From Felis catus (Eukaryota), in assembly GCF_018350175.1 (NCBI RefSeq), contig NC_058369.1, positions 10,788,001 through 10,852,000 of the forward strand: DNA of 64,000 nt, in the 5' to 3' direction. Of this stretch, positions 61,881-64,000 are shown in pieces (within the stretch, counting starts at the first letter, position 1; each line of letters starts with the position of its first letter). The notes under the pieces are model-generated. The model was given only the letters and a program-made list of their open reading frames with translations. It made no database searches and was not told the origin of the DNA. The translations under genes and the position numbers were made by a program.

Positions 61881-62793
61881 CTCGTGTTTTAAATTCATCC
61901 ATAAAAAATGAGCCCAGAAAAACGTAGTCACTCCCCCCATGGACCCCCCCAAAAGCCAGATCCTTCATAGTGCTCTCTTTCCTTCCCTGTTAAAGTCTCT
62001 CCCTCTCTGAGACCTCCTTGAATGGCCTTTGGGAATCCCATGTGCCCTCAACGTTTGTGAGCAATGAACCTTGTGTTTTTAGAGTCCTCCGGGGGGTGTT
62101 GCTGAGGTGTGTCTTGTGACCAAAATAAGAACCCAAAGGCCAGGGCAGTCACAGCATAGGCTCTGGTCAGGGAAACACTTGGGGGAATGTCCACAAGCAC
62201 AAGGCCATGTGCAAATGCCTGGGGTATCCTACCTAAGCATTGGTGTCAATAGCCTGAGGCTTAAATGGACCCCTGCTAGAGTCCACATCGTCAAAGAGTT
62301 CTTAAGGAAGGGACTTAAAAGGGATTGACAGACTCCAGGTGAAAGCAGAGGTTTTGTATTTCCATCTACAATAAAATTGTGTCGAGGGCCTAGGGGCCAA
62401 GTGCAGTGTTTTTCCACATGAAGAACCCACCTTGGGATTATTCTTTGGGGGAAATTGGGGAAAATTTATGTGGCATGGTAGAAATCATGGTATAAATTCA
62501 TTTCAGTTTGAAATGGAATTATTTTTAAGGAGACCAACTTGCCCATTGTAAGGTAATTTCCTGGCATTTGTGATCCAACAATTGGGAAAACACTGGGAAC
62601 GTATGAAAGTGAACAAGGGTGAAATGGTATATCAGACAGAGTGGAAACTTGATAAAGTGAGTTACCTCAATGTATAGGAAAGTTGAATTCAAACAAACGG
62701 AAATGCCAGGAAATAAACAGAAGGAGCAGATTCTACTTCCCCAGACTGATCAAAGATTAGAAGTTCCCGGCTCTGAGGCTCTGAGCCCTGCAA

Positions 62794-63762
62794 TCATGGG
62801 CACGTCTTTGGCCTCAGGACGATTGTCCCATGCATTGCTGGAATGCCAACAATTCTTTTCAGAGCCCTCTTTATGTCTCTGTTCCTCAGGCTGTAGATGA
62901 AGGGGTTCAGCATGGGCGTGACCACCGTGTACATCACCGAGGCTGTGGCACTCGAGTGGGAGCTCTGGGTAGCAGCAGAGCTGAGGTACACTCCTAGGCT
63001 TGTGCAATAAAATAAGGAGACAACCGAGAGGTGAGATGCACAGGTGGAAAATGCCTTATACTTGCCCAGAGCTGATGAGATCCTACGTATGGAGGAAACT
63101 ATCTTAGAATAAGAGTAAAGGACCCCAGCCAGGGGAACACCACCCAACAGCACAGCTGCAAGATATATCACCGTGTCATTAAGAAAGGTGTCAGAGCAGG
63201 CAAGTTAGATCATCTGATTGAGCTCACAGAAAAAGTGGGGGATTTCTACCTCTGTACAGAAGGACAGGTGCAACACCATTGAACTTTGTAACAAGGAATG
63301 CAGGACACTCGTGATCCAGGACACCAGGACCAGCAGCCCACAGAGCCGGGGGTTCATGATGACCATATAGTTCAGGGGGTAACAGATGGCCACAAACCGG
63401 TCATAAGCCATCACAGACAGTAGAAAGTTGTCCAATCCAGCAAAGACAAGGAAAAAGTACATCTGAGTGATGCAGCCTTCATAGGTTATGACTTTGGTCT
63501 GGGTCTGGATGTTCCAGAGCATCTTCGGGACGGTGGTGGAGGTGAAGCAGATGTCTACAAAGGACAGGTTGGCCAGGAAGAAGTACATGGGGGTGTGGAG
63601 GCGGGAGTCAGAGCTGACGGCCAGGAGGATGAGCAGGTTGCCAAACACAGTGATCAGGTACATGGAGAGGAAAAGCCCAAATATGAGGGGCTGCAGCTCT
63701 GGTCCCTTTGAAAATCCCAGAAGGTTAAACTCTGAAATTTGTGTATCATTTCCTGTTTCCAT
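62794..63762 (-). pseudogene. Olfactory receptor family 7 (OR7A-like) pseudogene with a single premature stop, Q186* (OR-7)
   Basis: The ORF-track pieces 63205..63789 and 62794..63171 are in the same frame. They are separated by TAA at 63205-63207 (paralogs CAA/CAG) plus 11 sense codons ([11 protein letters not shown]); 322 codons in total. Confidence 0.9.
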
Positions 63763-64000
63763 ATGCTGGAGATGACTACCGGGGAACAAAGAAATAACAT
63801 GACTAATTTTCTCAAAATGAACATTGCAAATATCGTTGAAATTCTACAATTCTTATTTTGCATTCAAAAGATCAATTTCTATAGTTTTTTACAGAAATTT
63901 CCCCTCTCAGGGAAAAATCTCAGGGGAAAAATCCCCTCCCCAAGCCAGCTCTAACTAGGGCTTCACATCCCCCAGTTAGCTTTTTCCCCAACTACTCATC

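Larger units (their letters stand above)
54915..62480 (-). repeat. Inverted segmental duplication, near-identical core, right arm
   Basis: Reverse complement of 2697-10265, with the same SINE, L1 and MER20 insertions. Confidence 0.95.

Noticed and set aside
54915-62480. Inverted core as a simple false haplotype duplication
   Set aside because: Each arm continues colinearly into its own diverged pair of OR genes with private insertions, which allelic haplotigs would not do. Inflated identity from read mis-mapping is still not excluded.
63172-63207. Frameshift or intron splitting OR-7 into two ORFs
   Set aside because: Both parts are in the same frame, with 11 ordinary OR codons after a single TAA.
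1445-63762. Assigning human symbols (OR7A5/OR7A10/OR7A17/OR7C)
   Set aside because: This is a lineage-specific expansion with mosaic genes; one-to-one orthology cannot be judged without a phylogeny.

Overview
Mammalian genomic DNA from a felid: the young SINEs match the cat SINEC_Fc consensus, and L1_Fc-type 3' ends are present. The window is a family-7 (OR7A-like) class II olfactory receptor cluster with seven coding regions, which I label OR-1 to OR-7 in window order. Their arrangement is OR-1(+) OR-2(-) OR-3(-) | OR-4(+) OR-5(+) OR-6(+) OR-7(-). Five are intact, OR-3 is open across a 138-N gap, and OR-7 carries a single in-frame nonsense codon (Q186*). The intergenic DNA is a patchwork of paralogous modules, CAN-SINEs, L1 fragments, MLT1 and MER20/MER5-like fossils, and microsatellites. 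Main observations: (1) The ends of the window are inverted copies. A ~7.6 kb non-coding core (2.7-10.26 kb vs 54.9-62.5 kb) is nearly identical, while the OR genes flanking it are clearly diverged. (2) A recurrent upstream module ending in a CAG|GTGAG splice donor occurs 8 times in two subtypes (X, Y) and is a candidate promoter/first exon; a candidate 46-nt 5'UTR micro-exon also recurs. (3) The cluster seems built from a [Y-OR + X-OR] unit whose Y-type coding region has been deleted repeatedly at SINE-marked junctions. This leaves headless promoters and an orphan 3' flank; one headless promoter may now drive OR-5. (4) Stop-codon gain and loss toggles the C-terminal tail (308/310/322/329 aa). 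All homologies and identity levels were judged by eye, and repeat boundaries are approximate.
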